From Squalus acanthias (taxonomy: Eukaryota): a stretch of 64,000 nucleotides of DNA. A program made the translations under genes and the position numbers. How positions within the stretch are numbered: position 1 is the first letter of the stretch; every line of letters starts with the position of its first letter. Of the stretch, positions 1 through 12,721 are shown piece after piece. Where the stretch lies: NCBI GenBank assembly GCA_030390025.1, contig CM059433.1:29018001-29082000 (forward strand). Direction: 5' to 3'. The notes under the pieces are model-generated. The model was not told where the DNA came from. It ran no database searches and worked only from the letters and a program-made list of their open reading frames with translations.

Positions 1-189
1 TTAATGCGACAGGTTGAGGCTAAAAGAAGTGTGAAATGCACTGGCAACTTGATAACTCTCTTCTGATATTAGCACTGCTGTATATGGTAGAAGGTAGGTG
101 CAGCTGTCTAGTGTCTCTGTACTGAGCTGGATGTTAACACCTGGTGCCAGCCATTCCCACACTCCAAGAGAACTTGTTGACTTGTTACC

Positions 190-470
190 CAGTTTTATTC
201 AGGTCTATACTTCTTGCATTTTTCCTTCAGTTTGAGCCAATAGTGCTGCATCATCTGTAAGATCTACATCTCCAATTGTTTTGTTGTTAATACTTATTCA
301 CTGTAACATGAGTGTTTTCACTTTGAACCATTCTTCAATCTTCCACTTTAGTGCAACACCACATTCCATCAGAGTTCCTAAATATTTATGTATTTCTAAG
401 GGAATCCATAATACATAAAATTTCCCAGAGTGTAGGCTAGCAGTATGCGATGAAACCAGCAACTGGAATA
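190..470 (-). mobile_element. Ancient RTE-like RT fragment
   Basis: Minus frame reads INNKTIGDVDLTDDAALLAQTEGKMQE, resembling the RTE (F)ADD region; highly decayed. Confidence 0.4.
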
Positions 471-489
471 TTCCTAACTTTTTGATACT

Positions 490-1278
490 GGGCCAGATTT
501 TTGTCTCAAATTAACAGTGAGGTAAATAGCGCTCGCCGTTATGTATGTGTGAATGATGCAGCAACTTCAGGCGAGGGGCAGATGTGCAGTTGAATGCGAA
601 TATCCAAAAGTTGCTGTCCGAGTTGCGTCGCTCCGCTGTTAGCCTTGCGAAAACAGCATCTCGTTGTCTACCTCACCATTGAAATGCATTGAATGACGTG
701 ACGTTGCTGGATTTGTGCGGTAGGTACGAACTAAACACACCACAGAAAGTTAACACTTGTCCATTCCAGTCTAAAGCACCTTTTTAACAACGGGATAAGT
801 GTTAATTACTGCCATTCAACCGCTCTGACACTGGAAATTAACTATTGCAAGTGTGGAGTCGCATTCCTTCAGGTTTCAATTGTTGGAGATTTTAAAAATG
901 TCAAATTTTAAATTAAAACTTTTTTTAACTTTTCCTTTCTGTGCCTTTTTTCTTTTTTAACCCAACCTTTCTTTCCCTCTCTTTATTTCTCTTTCTGTAC
1001 AAGATTTGACATTGAATTCACCCACTCTAATTTACACTTCCTTCTCAATCCTTGGCACTATTTATTTCACAACCCTTCAATCTGATTGGTTAATGAGATA
1101 CACAGTTGCTTGCCCTGTTCACTCAGGTCCCAGATGCCCTTGTTTCCCTCGCTGCGACATTATCAGCTCACACATTCAGCAACTTGCCACGCAAAAAATG
1201 TAAAAATCTAAACGTGCAAGGGCAAGTCTAACTATCGGCAGACGCTGTTAGATTTCCTGCTACAGCAAAATCTGCCCC
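490..1278. mobile_element. MITE (GGGCCAGATTTT family)
   Basis: Inverted ends GGGCCAGATTTTTG / GCAAAATCTGCCCC; homologous to 43396 and 55865 copies. Confidence 0.75.
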
Positions 1279-1309
1279 ATTATGGAGTGCAAAAATTTGA
1301 ACGTTGAAT

Positions 1310-1628
1310 GATCTTCCATTTCTAAACCTCCCAAACCCATGACCTCCACCTCCCAGAAGGTCATGGGCAGCAGGTGCATGGGAACACCAACACCTCCATG
1401 CTCCCCTCCAAGTCACACATCATCCCAACTGGGACATATATCACCATTCCTTCATTGTCGCTGGGTCGAAATCCTGGAACTCCCTATCTAACAGCACTGT
1501 GAGAGCACCTTCACCACACTGACTGCAGCGGTTCAAGAAGAAGACCTACCAGCACCTTCTCAAGGGCAACTGGGGATGGGCAATAAATGCAGGCCTGCTA
1601 GCGACACCCACATCCTGAGAATGAATTT
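1310..1628 (+). mobile_element. LINE 3' end (CR1/L2-like)
   Basis: AAATCCTGGAACTCCCTA (WNSL) ... GGGCAATAAATGC ... CCCACATCCTGAGAATGAAT. Confidence 0.6.
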
Positions 1629-1637
1629 TTAAAAAAT

Positions 1638-1966
1638 CAGCCAAGAAGTGTAGTCACTTTTGTAATGTAGGAAACACTGCCAATTTGCGCACAGCAAGGT
1701 CCCATAAACAGCAATGTAATAATGATCAGAAAATCGGTTTTAGTGATATTGGTTATAGGATAAATATTGGGCAGAACACCGGGGTGAGCTCCCCTGCTCT
1801 TCTTCAAAATAGTGCCATGGGATCTTCTACAACCACCTCAAAGGGCAGACGGGGCCTCGGTCTAAATCTCAACAGTGGAGCGCTCCCTGTCTCTGGAGTG
1901 GGACTTGAACTCACAACCTCCTACTACTGAAGCTAAGAGTGCTACCACTGAGCCACGGCTGATACC
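1638..1966 (-). repeat. SacSINE1-like SINE (internally deleted)
   Basis: Reverse complement of head and core. Confidence 0.75.
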
Positions 1967-2210
1967 AAGGAAAATTCTACCACCCCTACCACTACCCTAG
2001 CTGAAATCAGCTAACTCAGCACAGAACCTGGGCCCTGCCTGGCCTAGAAGGCTTAATTCCACCCTGAAATATTGGGGCCATGAAAATATACAGAAAGAGA
2101 GTGCCTTTACAACCTCAGTTCTGCACTGGAGTACCAACCTCACTTTTGTGTTCAAGTCTCTGGAGTTGGATTTGAACCGAAAATGTTCTGACTCAGAGGT
2201 AAGAGTGCTT

Positions 2211-2983
2211 GGGGGAAAAATTCAGCTGCTTGCGCCTCCCGTTAGCGCCTTAAGAGGGCGCTAATGGGGCGTAAAGCAGCTAACGCCCGGGCGCAGCGCC
2301 GCCCACGCCTCCCGTAAAATTCAGCGGGAGGTTAGTGGCGGCGCCAGCCGGTAGCGCCCTGTGGCGCTGCGCCGCCGGCGATGACGTCATCGCCGTGCGC
2401 AGCACCCCGCTCGCGCTCCAGCCTCGATCTTCAGTCGCGCCCCCTGATTTACCGCCAGACGCTATGTCCGACGGGTTCAGGGAGGCGTACGTGCGGCCGG
2501 GGCGACGATATTTAAAGGGGAGGTGGCAGGCGGCCATTTTTGTTGCTGGCCGCCTGCCAGCACCTGCCCCCGTTGCTGTCCCTGGCCCCCGTGAAGCCCC
2601 CCCACCGTGAAGTGCCGGCTGCGCTCCAAGAGCCCGGCACTTCTCTTGAGTGCCGGGCTCTTTTGCCGGCACTCCCGATCCCTGGGGGCCCAGCTGGGCC
2701 CCGGTTCGCGCTGCGCAGGGTCCCTCCCCTTTAAGAAGGGGAGGAAGGCCTGCAATACCGCGGCGCGACGTGCTGCAGTGCCTGGCGTTGCGGCACGTAG
2801 CGCCAGGATATTCCCTCGCAGCACCCCAAGAGGGATGCGGGGTGCTTCCAGTGGCGCCCCGCTTCCCTCTTGGGGCGCAACCACTGAAGTTCCGGCGCGG
2901 GGCCGCTAATTTTTTCGGGGCGCTAAAAGTAGCGCCCCGGCGAGGTTAGCGCCCCAAATGGGGCGCGACTCAATTTTTACCCC
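2211..2983. mobile_element. Non-autonomous Harbinger derivative (MITE), GC/CpG-rich
   Basis: GGGGGAAAAATTCAG ... AATTTTTACCCC ends. First ~100 bp match the reverse complement of the right end of 13375-17475 (TTGCGCCTCCCGTTAGCGCCTTAAGAGGGCG). TSD unclear. Confidence 0.85.
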
Positions 2984-4974
2984 ATATTTTTTAAATATAT
3001 TATTTATTGAACATTAAAAACATTTACAACATTGTGATCATTCCATTGTATCATACAAATTCATTCTGCCGCTCTGCACAGCCATTCCTCCACCACATAT
3101 TAACATCAAAACCTGAAGTTTAATTTGTCTCCCATAACATATACTAATCTATTGTACTTTAAAAATTGATCAGTAATCATGGCTCCGAATAAGGGAAGTG
3201 TGCCTGATAATCCCCCCATCATTTAATCTCCGGCCCTTCTCTCCTCTCATGCTCCTTCCCAACTTTTCGGGCAGCTGTTGCTTTCTCCTGCAGCCTCCGG
3301 CTCTTTCTCACCTCCTGTTTGAACCTTCCCTGCAGTTTCAGCCTCTTCCTTACATTAGGTTTGTGCCGAGGAGCTGTCCCTTCTCCCTCCTTCTGCCCCT
3401 CACTAACCTTTCCCTTTCCACACAATGGCACCCCACCCCCCACTTCCATGTCTCTGTCCCCCTCCGAGCTCTTCTGTAACCTCCCGTCCCTGCTCCCCGT
3501 CAGATACATAATCTCTCTTAGAGAGTCTTCCTGTTATCATGGTTTCTCCAACAGTGCCACTCCCTTTGGCCTCATCTCCACTGCTGACCATTGCTCCCCA
3601 TTTCTTCTCTCTCTGGGACAATGGCGCATCTGCACCTATCTTGCTCCCTTCTGGCGTCTTTGTCTCCCCGCTCCCGTCCTGCTGCCCCTTTAAGGCTACT
3701 GCCTCTTGCATCCTCTCCTTGTCTTGCCTCCTCCTGCTCCCCAAGATGTCCAACTCCTCCATCTTTCTTTGAAGTACTTACACTTGCTCCCGCCTCCTCT
3801 CCCCCCGAGGACACCAGATTCTTTAGGGAGATCCGAGCCGTATTATGGCTCGACTCTGCCCTCAACCCATGCTGCCCGCTGTTGTCTTTGTCCTTTTCCA
3901 CCGTACTTGGTGTGTTTTCCACCATCTCCATCCTGTTCTCGGCTCCCCAACTTTCTGCCTCTTCCTGCGCTCTTTTCTCCTTCCATTCACCAGCGGTGTC
4001 TCTGGCTGGTCCACTCCTCCAGCTGCTCCACTCACACCTCCTTCTCCTTCTCCCATCTCCTCATCACTCAAGGGGCTAATTCTGCCTCACACTCACAGCG
4101 GGTGGGGCCTTTGTGACACACCCCACAGTTCTCCGCCTTGCACTCCGAGCGATGTGTCCAGACTCGCCACAATTATAAAAGTACAAGTCTGGACAGCTTC
4201 TTACAAGATGGACGTGTCCAAGACAATAATAACAAACCTTCACCTGGTTACCATGCAGTACCCGGAAGTACTGCATTCCTTCCATTGTCTCGAATTTCAT
4301 GCTATACGGCAATGATTTCACACCCTCTGGGAACCGCACCTTTACATAACGGGTTCCATCTGCTACCCGCATTCCAGGATAGTATCTCCTCTTTATTGCC
4401 AAGCAAATTTTAATGTCCCACGACTCCAACTTTTTTATTAGCAGATCGTCCTCAATATAAACCGGTAGGTTTAAGAATGAGACCACCACCTCTTCAGAAT
4501 ACAGCAGAGATACCTCCAAGAAGTTATCTCCAACCTTCAACCTCAGTAAAAGTCTTTCCACCTCCTCTTGGCCACTGACCGTCACCTCAAACCCAACATT
4601 CGGCTTTGGTCAGCAGGCAAAGTAGCTACCCTCGCTGCAGTCCTCATGTACCGCCTGGATAATATTCCAAGCTCGTATCTCCTTATCCTCGCACTGAAAC
4701 ACCACCGTGTTTTCTTTTCCAAACCTCCTGGGGTCCCGGCCCAAATCTTTGGGCCTTTTTTTCTCCCTTCCCCCAACATTTTCTCCCTGATTAAATTCAT
4801 CCTGGAACATTGTCCTCTGAGGGGCTCCGGGCCCCTGGCTGCTATTTAAGGACCAAAACGGCCCCAAAACTTGAAAAAAGAAACCCACCACCAGCTTTTT
4901 ACAAACTCACTCCAACTCCCTGCAGTAATCAAGCGCCCAGCAGCAGCTGCTCACTCCTAGCCCCTCCCACCTAG
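2984..4974 (-). mobile_element. Tx1/L1-like retroelement containing only a degenerate ORF1 (Gag-like zinc knuckles)
   Basis: ORF 4076-4585 (VSFLNLPVYIEDD...DGTRYVKVRFP...SLPYSMKF...CYYCLGHVHLVRSC...NCGESGHIARS) plus upstream frame 4610-4891 and E/K-rich tail. AATAAA (-) at 3003-3008 and A-rich end. AGAGTGCT at 2202-2209 and 4975-4982. Confidence 0.8.
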
Positions 4975-6431
4975 AGAGTGCTACCCACCGAGTCACGACC
5001 GAACCCACAAATTCTTCATGAAAAATGAATTCCCTTGTGAAAGAAAAGCATAGAATTTCCATCCTTAACGTAAGCGAGTCACACTGGACTAGAGCAAATA
5101 AGATTAACATTGAGAGAATAATGTAGTCTTGCCAAGGTGTAACTCTGCTTCCATCTCTAGCTGCAGAGAGAACAAAACACAATGACAGAAAGGTCAAGTG
5201 CAAGTAGAAAGTAAATCACAACATAAAGACAGATGTGGAAAGCCATTTTTGTTCATCTGTCTAGAAAGAGCCGACACTCCCCCCATTGCAGCATCTTTTT
5301 TTTTTCTTAAATTATTCCAGGATCCAGATAAAATGAACAAACACAAAGAGACCTGTCACGTTTGAGATTATGTTAACCATTTTTCTGTGGAAAGGATCTA
5401 TATGAAAGAGTTATCTTTTAAAAGTTGCTTTCGAGTTAAATGTTGCTTGAAAGGGGTCAGCTTCTTGTGACAGCTCCGATTGGGATGTGCATCAGAAGGC
5501 AGACAAAGCATCAGCTACACGTCCTCAGACTCATTAAAATACTTCCCTGCAAACGTTCAGACATTAGGGATTCAAATGCCTCGACCTTTACTTGAGCTTT
5601 GAAGGGAGCTAGTTTCGAGGGCAGCTTGCAGCCACGCAGGCTTGACTGACAGCTCCACGAGCCAGTCATTGGTCCTGAATTAAAATTTCCATCCTCATGT
5701 TCAAATGCACCCATGGCTTCCCCCCTTCCTACCTCTGTAACCTCCTCCAAACCTACAACTCTCCGAGATCTCTGTGCATCTTTTGTCACCCTTCCTAATA
5801 TCTCCTTCTTCGGCGCTAGGTCAGATTATGTTCCTGTGAAGTGCCTTGGGGCATTTTACTCATTAAAGGCCCTCTAAAAATGCAAGTTGTTATTGTTCAA
5901 CAAGCCAGCTTGCTGTCGAGGGGAGGTTTTGAATCAGCTAGGCTTTTACGAGCAGTAAATCTGAGGGATTTTACTGAGCTAGAGAGGTTAGAAATGATGG
6001 AGTACAGTTAGAGGACCTTCTATTTAAGTCAAGCAAAATCTGCAGTGGGGTAGTGTATCAAGTGCATTGTTTTTATACAATTATCTAGAGATAGGTTGGG
6101 GACAATTTTAACCTAACCCGCCCATCGGGCAACTGACGGGATGTCGATGGAGAGTAATATTGGGCGGGGCGTAAAACTGCCGTTCCACCCGATCCCATGG
6201 GTTTTCCCGCCCAGCGACTTAGGCTGAAGTTACTCGCATTGTATCAATTGAATCTGATCATAACGACGGCTCCATATTACATAGAATTACATAATTGTTT
6301 CACTTTCCTGTGAAATAAAGCAGCTCAACAATTCAAAGTAAACTTGGCCTCGCCTAGCGTTGCCTCTGTACATCTTGGCAGAGATTGAAGGAACGCACGT
6401 GCTAAAGACACGAGAATCCAGCCCCATTCAC

Positions 6432-6885
6432 TAAGGTTACAGTTACGTGGATAGACTACAGAAGATGGGGTTGTTCTCCTTACAGCAGAGAAGGCGAAGA
6501 GGAGATTTGATAGAGGGGTTCAAAATCATGAAGGATTTAGCGAGAGTAAATAAAGAGAAACTGTTTCCAATGGCTGAAGGGTCAATAACCAGAGGGCACA
6601 GATTTAAGGTGATTGGCAAAAGAACCAGAGGCGACATGAGGAAAAACTTTTTACGCAACGAGTGGTTAGGATTTGGAATGCGCACTGCCTGATACGGTGG
6701 TGGATACAGATTCAATAGTAGCCTTCAAAAGGGAATTGGATAAATACTTGAAGGAGAAAAAAATTTGCAGGTTTATGGGAAAGAGCGGGGAAGTGGGACT
6801 AACTGAATCGCTCTTTGAAAGAGCTGGCGCAGACTCGATGGGCCGAATGGCCTCCTTCTATGCTCTACTATGCTATGATTCTATG
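6432..6885 (+). mobile_element. CR1 3' fragment
   Basis: RLQKMGLFSLQQRRRRGDLIEGFKIM; ATTCTATG tail. Confidence 0.85.
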
Positions 6886-8327
6886 AAACTAAAGTTGTAT
6901 CTCTGGTTTGTGCTACTGTATGTGTAGATACAGGGCAGTACAAGTCAACTCCCAGAATAATAAGATGCTCGGACCACTTAAGGGAGCGAGTGATGCCACT
7001 GAACCTCAGAAGTATCTTCGGTAGATCCTCATTCATCACAGAGATTCAATAATCAAAGATCAACGTTAAGTGCTTATATCCGAATGCTGGAAGCAGTTAG
7101 AGTTAGTGACATATACTGCATTAGGAATTTATAGGGATTATCGCTGCATATTGAATTCACTCCCACCTTCTGGCTCACCACTGATGGTGGGAATGAGTTC
7201 ACCATTCAGGGTATAAGATATTGGGAAAAGATAGGAGAGGAAGATAACAGGAGTTCAGATCATTTGAAAATTGAGGGACCTGATTTGATGTTGTAAGAGT
7301 TAGGAACAAAATGGAATATAGTCTGACTTGAAGCACGATTAACCATGGGCATCTGCTACAGCCCCTGGACAGGATAAGGGTGATGTCAACCTATTACTCC
7401 ATTTGGGATGTTCTGTATATGGATATATTCCTTACGAATGATGTCAGTAGCATCTTTAATATAAAAGTACAGGATCCATTGGGAATTAGTTACCACCAAA
7501 AAAAATTAACATTTCAAGATTATCTGGCAAATCACCACCAGAAAGGACCAGGACATGAATACAATTTTTAAAAAGGCAAACGTCGAAAGAAATTACAAGC
7601 AACTGCAAAAAATTAACTGGGCCTTACTGCTGAAAGATGCAGTAATGCAAGAAAAATGGCTTGCTTCGAACACCGTAATATCGAATGTGCAAGGTAATTA
7701 TGAACCCGAGAACAGTAAGTACTAACTAAGCAAGTGGTCCCCAGTGAGGATGAAATAAAATGGCAATCAAGAAAGAAATACAAAAGAAAATAAAAGAGAA
7801 AAAAAGAAAAACACTTGTGGGGGAGACCAAAACTAGGGGCCATAAATATAAGATAATCACTAATCAATCCAATAATGAATTCAGGGGAAACTTCTTCTCC
7901 CAGAGAGTGGTGAGAATGTGGAACAAGGAGTAGTTGGAGCATCTAGCTTCCCCTTAGATACATTTTTATTTAAGGGGAAGTTAGATAAACACATGAGGGC
8001 GAAAGGAATAGAAGGCTACGCTGATAGGCTGAGATGAAGCAGGGTGGGGGTAGAGGAGGCTTGTGTGGAGCATTAACACCGGCATAGACCAGTTGGGCCG
8101 AATGGCCTGTTCTGTGCTGTACACTCGATGTAATTCTATGTTATACATGTAGCCTACATGAGAATAAGGTGGAGAGAACTCTGGGAAGAGTATAGGAATT
8201 TGCTAAACCAGGTTAAAAGGAGATAGCAGAGGTTCAAAGAGGGCCACAAGATGCCAAAGATGTTAAGCACAATACTAAAACATTTTTCTAGTACTATAAC
8301 GGTAAAAGAACACTTGCAGAGGAAGCA

Positions 8328-8495
8328 AGGGGGTGAAAATGGTCTTGGACAGTAGCCAAAACAGATAGCAAATCAGCAGCATGTTTCCCTTTCCATTGAA
8401 GTCTCAGGAAAAGATAATCGGGCGGGATGTAAAGCCAGCTGCTGATTCGCTATCGCCCATTTTGCATTACTATCCAAGACCAATTTTACCCCCCC
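8328..8495. mobile_element. Short palindromic MITE
   Basis: GGGGGTGAAAATGGTCTTGGA ... TCCAAGACCAATTTTACCCCC; internal ATAGCGAATC/GATTCGCTAT-type inverted repeat; partial relative at ~26520-26643. Confidence 0.65.
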
Positions 8496-8624
8496 CCCAG
8501 AACTCCAAGTGAAGAAAGTGGTGCTGGAACTGAAGATGATACAGACAGAATATTAAATGTGGATTCTCTATTGTTATTGATCAAGGAGGATAACATTAAA
8601 CTGCAGCCCAGCTTTTACCTACAG

Positions 8625-9925
8625 CAATAACAACTTGGCATTTATGTAGCGCCTCGAACATAGAAAAATGTGCCAAGGCGCTTCAGGGGTGTAATCAGGC
8701 AAATTATAGACACTGAGCCAGAGAAGGAAATATTAGGATGGGTGACTAAAAGCTTGGGCAAAGAGGCGAGTTTAAGGAGGGTCTTAAAGGAGGAGACAGC
8801 AGTCGACAGGTGGAAGGGTTTAGGGAGGGAATTCCAAAGTGTGGGGTTGGGGCGGGGAGGGGGCGGTTGTCGGGCTGGCGGTGGTTACAGAGATAGGGAG
8901 AGTTAAGACCATGAGGAGATTTAAACACAACGATGAGAATTTTACATTGGAGACCTTTGGGAAACAGAAACCAATGTAGGTCAGCAAGGACAGGAGTGAT
9001 GGGCGAGCGGGACCTGGTGTGGAATAGGATAGGGGCAGCAGATTTTTGGATGAAGTTTACAGAGCATGGAAAAGAAAGAAAGACTTGCATTTATACAGCG
9101 CCTTTCACGACCACCGGACGTCTCAAAGCGCTTTACAGCCAATGAAGTACTATTTGAAGTGGAGTCACTGTTGTAATGTGGGAAAAGCAGCAGCCAATTT
9201 GCGCACAGCAAGGTCCCACAAACAGCAATGTGACAATGACCAGATAATCTGTTTTTGTTATGTTGGTTGAGGGATAAATATTGGCCAGGACACTCGGGGA
9301 GAACTCCCCTGCTCTTCTTCGAAATAGTGCCGTGGGATCTTTTACATCCACCTGAGAGAGCAGACGGGGCCTCGGTTTAACGTCTCATCCAAAAGACGGC
9401 ACCTCCGACAGGGCAGCACTCCCTCAGCACTGTACTGGAGTGTCAGCCTAGCTTGATGTGCACAAGTCTCTGGAGTGGGACTTGAACCCACAACCTTCTG
9501 ACTCGAGAGGCGAGGGTGCTGCCCACTGAGCCACTGCTGACACCACAATGGAGGAGGGGAGGCTGGCCAGGAAAGCACTGGACAGCCGAGTCTAGAGGTG
9601 ACAACAGCATGGATGAGAGTTTTAGCAACAGATGGGCAGAGGCAGGCAATTTACAGAGGTGAAAGTAGGTGGTCCTAGTGATGGAGAGGATATGGGGTCA
9701 GAAGCTCACCTCGGGGTCGAATAGTACACCTAGGTTGCAAACACTCTGGTTCAACCCGAGACATTGGTCGGGGAATGGGATAGAATCAGTGGCAAGAGTT
9801 GTGATGGAGGTCAAATGAACGATAACTTTGGTCTTCCCGATGTTTAACTGGAGGAAATTGCGGCTCATCCAGGACTGTGTGACGGACAAACAGTCTGACA
9901 ACACAGAGGCAGTGGAGGGGTAGAG
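8625..9925 (-). mobile_element. L2-like LINE 3' region interrupted by a SINE
   Basis: WMSRNFLQLNIGKT, NLGVLFDP, ITPVLADLHW...KILIVVFK. Confidence 0.8.
9070..9543 (-). repeat. tRNA-headed SINE with Deu-like core and L2-like tail (SacSINE1-like)
   Basis: A-box GTGGCTCAGTGG and B-box GGTTCAAGTCC on minus strand; conserved core; AAATGCAAGTCTTTCTTT tail. Confidence 0.85.
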
Positions 9926-10386
9926 CTGGGTGTCACCAGCGTACAGGAATCAAGGGTAGAACATGGAATGGATATCTTGGTTAAAATGATAGGCAACAGA
10001 GAGTACTTGTAAGAAGTGAAAGAAGAAGAGCTTGAATAGCGACCAGTGGGGGTGGTCAATGCTTGGACCCCAATCCATTTTAACGGCCGGAATACCAGAA
10101 CTGAGCGCGAGATGTCAATTCAAAAACAGGGGAAACAATTGAGACAGAGACTGAAGCAAAAGATCTGCAAAGGAATGAGACTGGTTGTGCAACTGAGCAA
10201 GCGGAAAATTGCATGTAACACTGATAAGTTACTGCATTGGTCAAAAAAGTGAGTCATCAGCACAATGAATGGAATTGAATTGGTACAGAAGTAGGCTCAT
10301 CACTTTCAATGTCCAAACAATATGACAAGGCAATTAAAAAAAAAGCTAATAAAATACCATGGTATGTGGCTATGACAATAGACTAA

Positions 10387-11167
10387 GGGAAAAATTCGGT
10401 TGCTTTGCGCCTCCCGTTAGCGCCTTAAGAGGGCGATAATGGGACGCAAAGCAACTAGTGCCCGGGCGCGGTGATGTTTGCGCCGCTTGCGAAATTGACC
10501 AGACATTTTGCGTGCCTTACCGCCTGCTGCTAGCAACGACAGGTTGAGGGGAACTTTTTGCAGTCGGGAAGGGACTGGAGGAGCTTTATTTAAAGGCGAT
10601 CGCTTCCTGCCTTTTTTGTCGGCGACATTTTTGAACCACGCATTCTGAGAGAGAAAGAGAGACTTCTGGAGAGATTCAACACTGCATGAAGGAGTTTTGG
10701 GTACTGAGCAGCACTTTGCAGGTTCATTTTGATTTGACCTTCCTTGCATCGATTTAGAAGAGACAATGGGGGCTGCACTCTGAGCTCTTTCCCTGGGCCT
10801 CTCCATTGTTCTTTCCAACAGATTTGATGTACAGATCTCTCCAGTCCGAGATTCAAGGCTGCAATGAGTAGGGTGTGGATGGAGAGCAAGCTCGACCCTC
10901 CCCTTTAAGAACTGGCCGGCGCCAGTGTGTCTGTGTTCCATTGCTGACTGACATCACATGAGCTTCGCCAGCGCTCTGCGGTAGCGCCTTGCTCCTCGGC
11001 GTTAGCGCCTTAAGAGAGGTGTGTAGCGCCTGATTTAGCGCTCCAATCACCTCCAGGGGCGATAGAAGCCAAGTTTGCAGTTGGAGGCGATAATTAGCGC
11101 CAGGCGCTAAACTTTGCGCCTGGCCGATAATTGCGCCCCAAACGGGGCGATACCGAATTTCTCCCCC
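10387..11167. mobile_element. Internally deleted Harbinger derivative, inverted relative to the full element, inserted in an old CR1
   Basis: TAA on both sides and GGGAAAAATTCGG / CCGAATTTCTCCCCC ends. Retains the Myb 5' region (HPHPTHCSLESRTGE...MERPRERAQ) and the transposase start ATGGGGGCTGCA. Confidence 0.88.
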
Positions 11168-12721
11168 TAAATGTCTTCAGAGATTATGCAGAGGCTTCAT
11201 AATGCAGTGATCAGAATATACTTGGACATCTATGTTTAACTCAGATCCCCATGCCATAAAAAAAATGCACACACACACACACTCATGGGAATGTGTACAG
11301 AGAAGAGCAACAAGGTTAATCCCAAGTGTAGAGGGCATGAACTAGCAGGAAAGAGTAGAAAAGCTCAAAGTCTTATAGACTAGAAAGATGATAGTTAAGG
11401 GATGGAGGGGCGGAAACCTCAAGATACATTAAATATTAAATGGTATAGACAAAATGAATGCAGAATATTCCTTCAAAGTAAGCCAGAAAAGTAGAACCAG
11501 AGGACATAAATTTAAAGGTACATTTAAAAACATATATAAATATTGGGAAGTACATCTTTACTCAGTGATAACCCCAGGCTGGGTAGGGGAAACAAAATAT
11601 TAAGACCATTCAAAAAACAGTTGGCTATAATGGAAGAGCTGGGGTAGAAAGAGGGATGAGTCTCAATGGGCTAAATTGGAGCTCTTATGACTGAGATCGA
11701 TGGATTTTTGTTAAGCAAGGGTATTAAGGGTTACAGAACCAAGGCAGGTAGCTGGAGTTAAGATACAGATCAGCCGTGATCTCATTGAATGGCGGCGTAG
11801 GCTCGAGGGGCTGATGGCCTACTCCGATGATTTATGTTCCTAAATAGCCTTTCCTCATTCTTAACTTTTTGTTTGTGGATAAATATTAAGAGCGAGTGAT
11901 AGATGGAATGGTTGAGGCTCAGATCACTGCTTTGTTTAAGGGCAAGTTTACAACTTCATGGTTCACAGCTGGACAGGGAAGAAGAAAATCGCATCCATTA
12001 AAAGACAGCAGGATAAATTTAAGTCTTGAAATACAACTTGCACAAATACAAAAAGTGTATTTACAACTGATTGATCTGACTTTGATTTAGGCAATTGGAA
12101 ATGATGAGATATGGGCTGCATTAAATCTTAAAAACCACAAAACACAAAACATAAACTAACCGTTACTGCATTTCAAAAGTAAATGACGTTTCCTTCACAA
12201 AACACACACGCATGTCCAGCAACAATCTACCAAAACACAGCTTAAACAACTCATTGCTCTTATTGATTGTGTTTCAATTTTACAACACATGTCACAGGGT
12301 GCCTTATATCAACCCTTGTGTTACCAATGTCTTGAACAATCTATAGCTCAAGGAACAATCTATAGCTGGAGAAATAACAGTGATCATTTCCACTGCTTTT
12401 ATTGCTTGAAGCGAGAAAAATCCATCTCACTAATGCAATGTATTATCTTCCTGGTGTCTGATGGATTCTGCACACAACAGGAGTTTTTCTGCTGGTATGC
12501 TACACAAAGAAATTCCGATTTTAGATTTTTTTTTTGTTTCTTTTCCCCTCAGGGAATCACATCAATTGCCATATTAATCCATCCACTCCATTTTATTCAA
12601 AGAGTAATACTCTTATTTTTCTTAACCAATGTGCTCCTATAGCACCTTGAGCCCTATGTAACGGGGCGGATTTTAACCCCAGTGGATTTCCTGCCTGGCA
12701 GAGGCAGCAGGAGGTCATTCA

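Noticed and set aside
2280..2949. Several overlapping 60-135 aa ORFs
   Set aside because: Stop-poor GC-rich MITE sequence with no recognisable domain.
12289..12642. 117-aa ORF and strong plus-strand acceptor at ~12552
   Set aside because: No recognisable domain and no convincing donor or partner exon.
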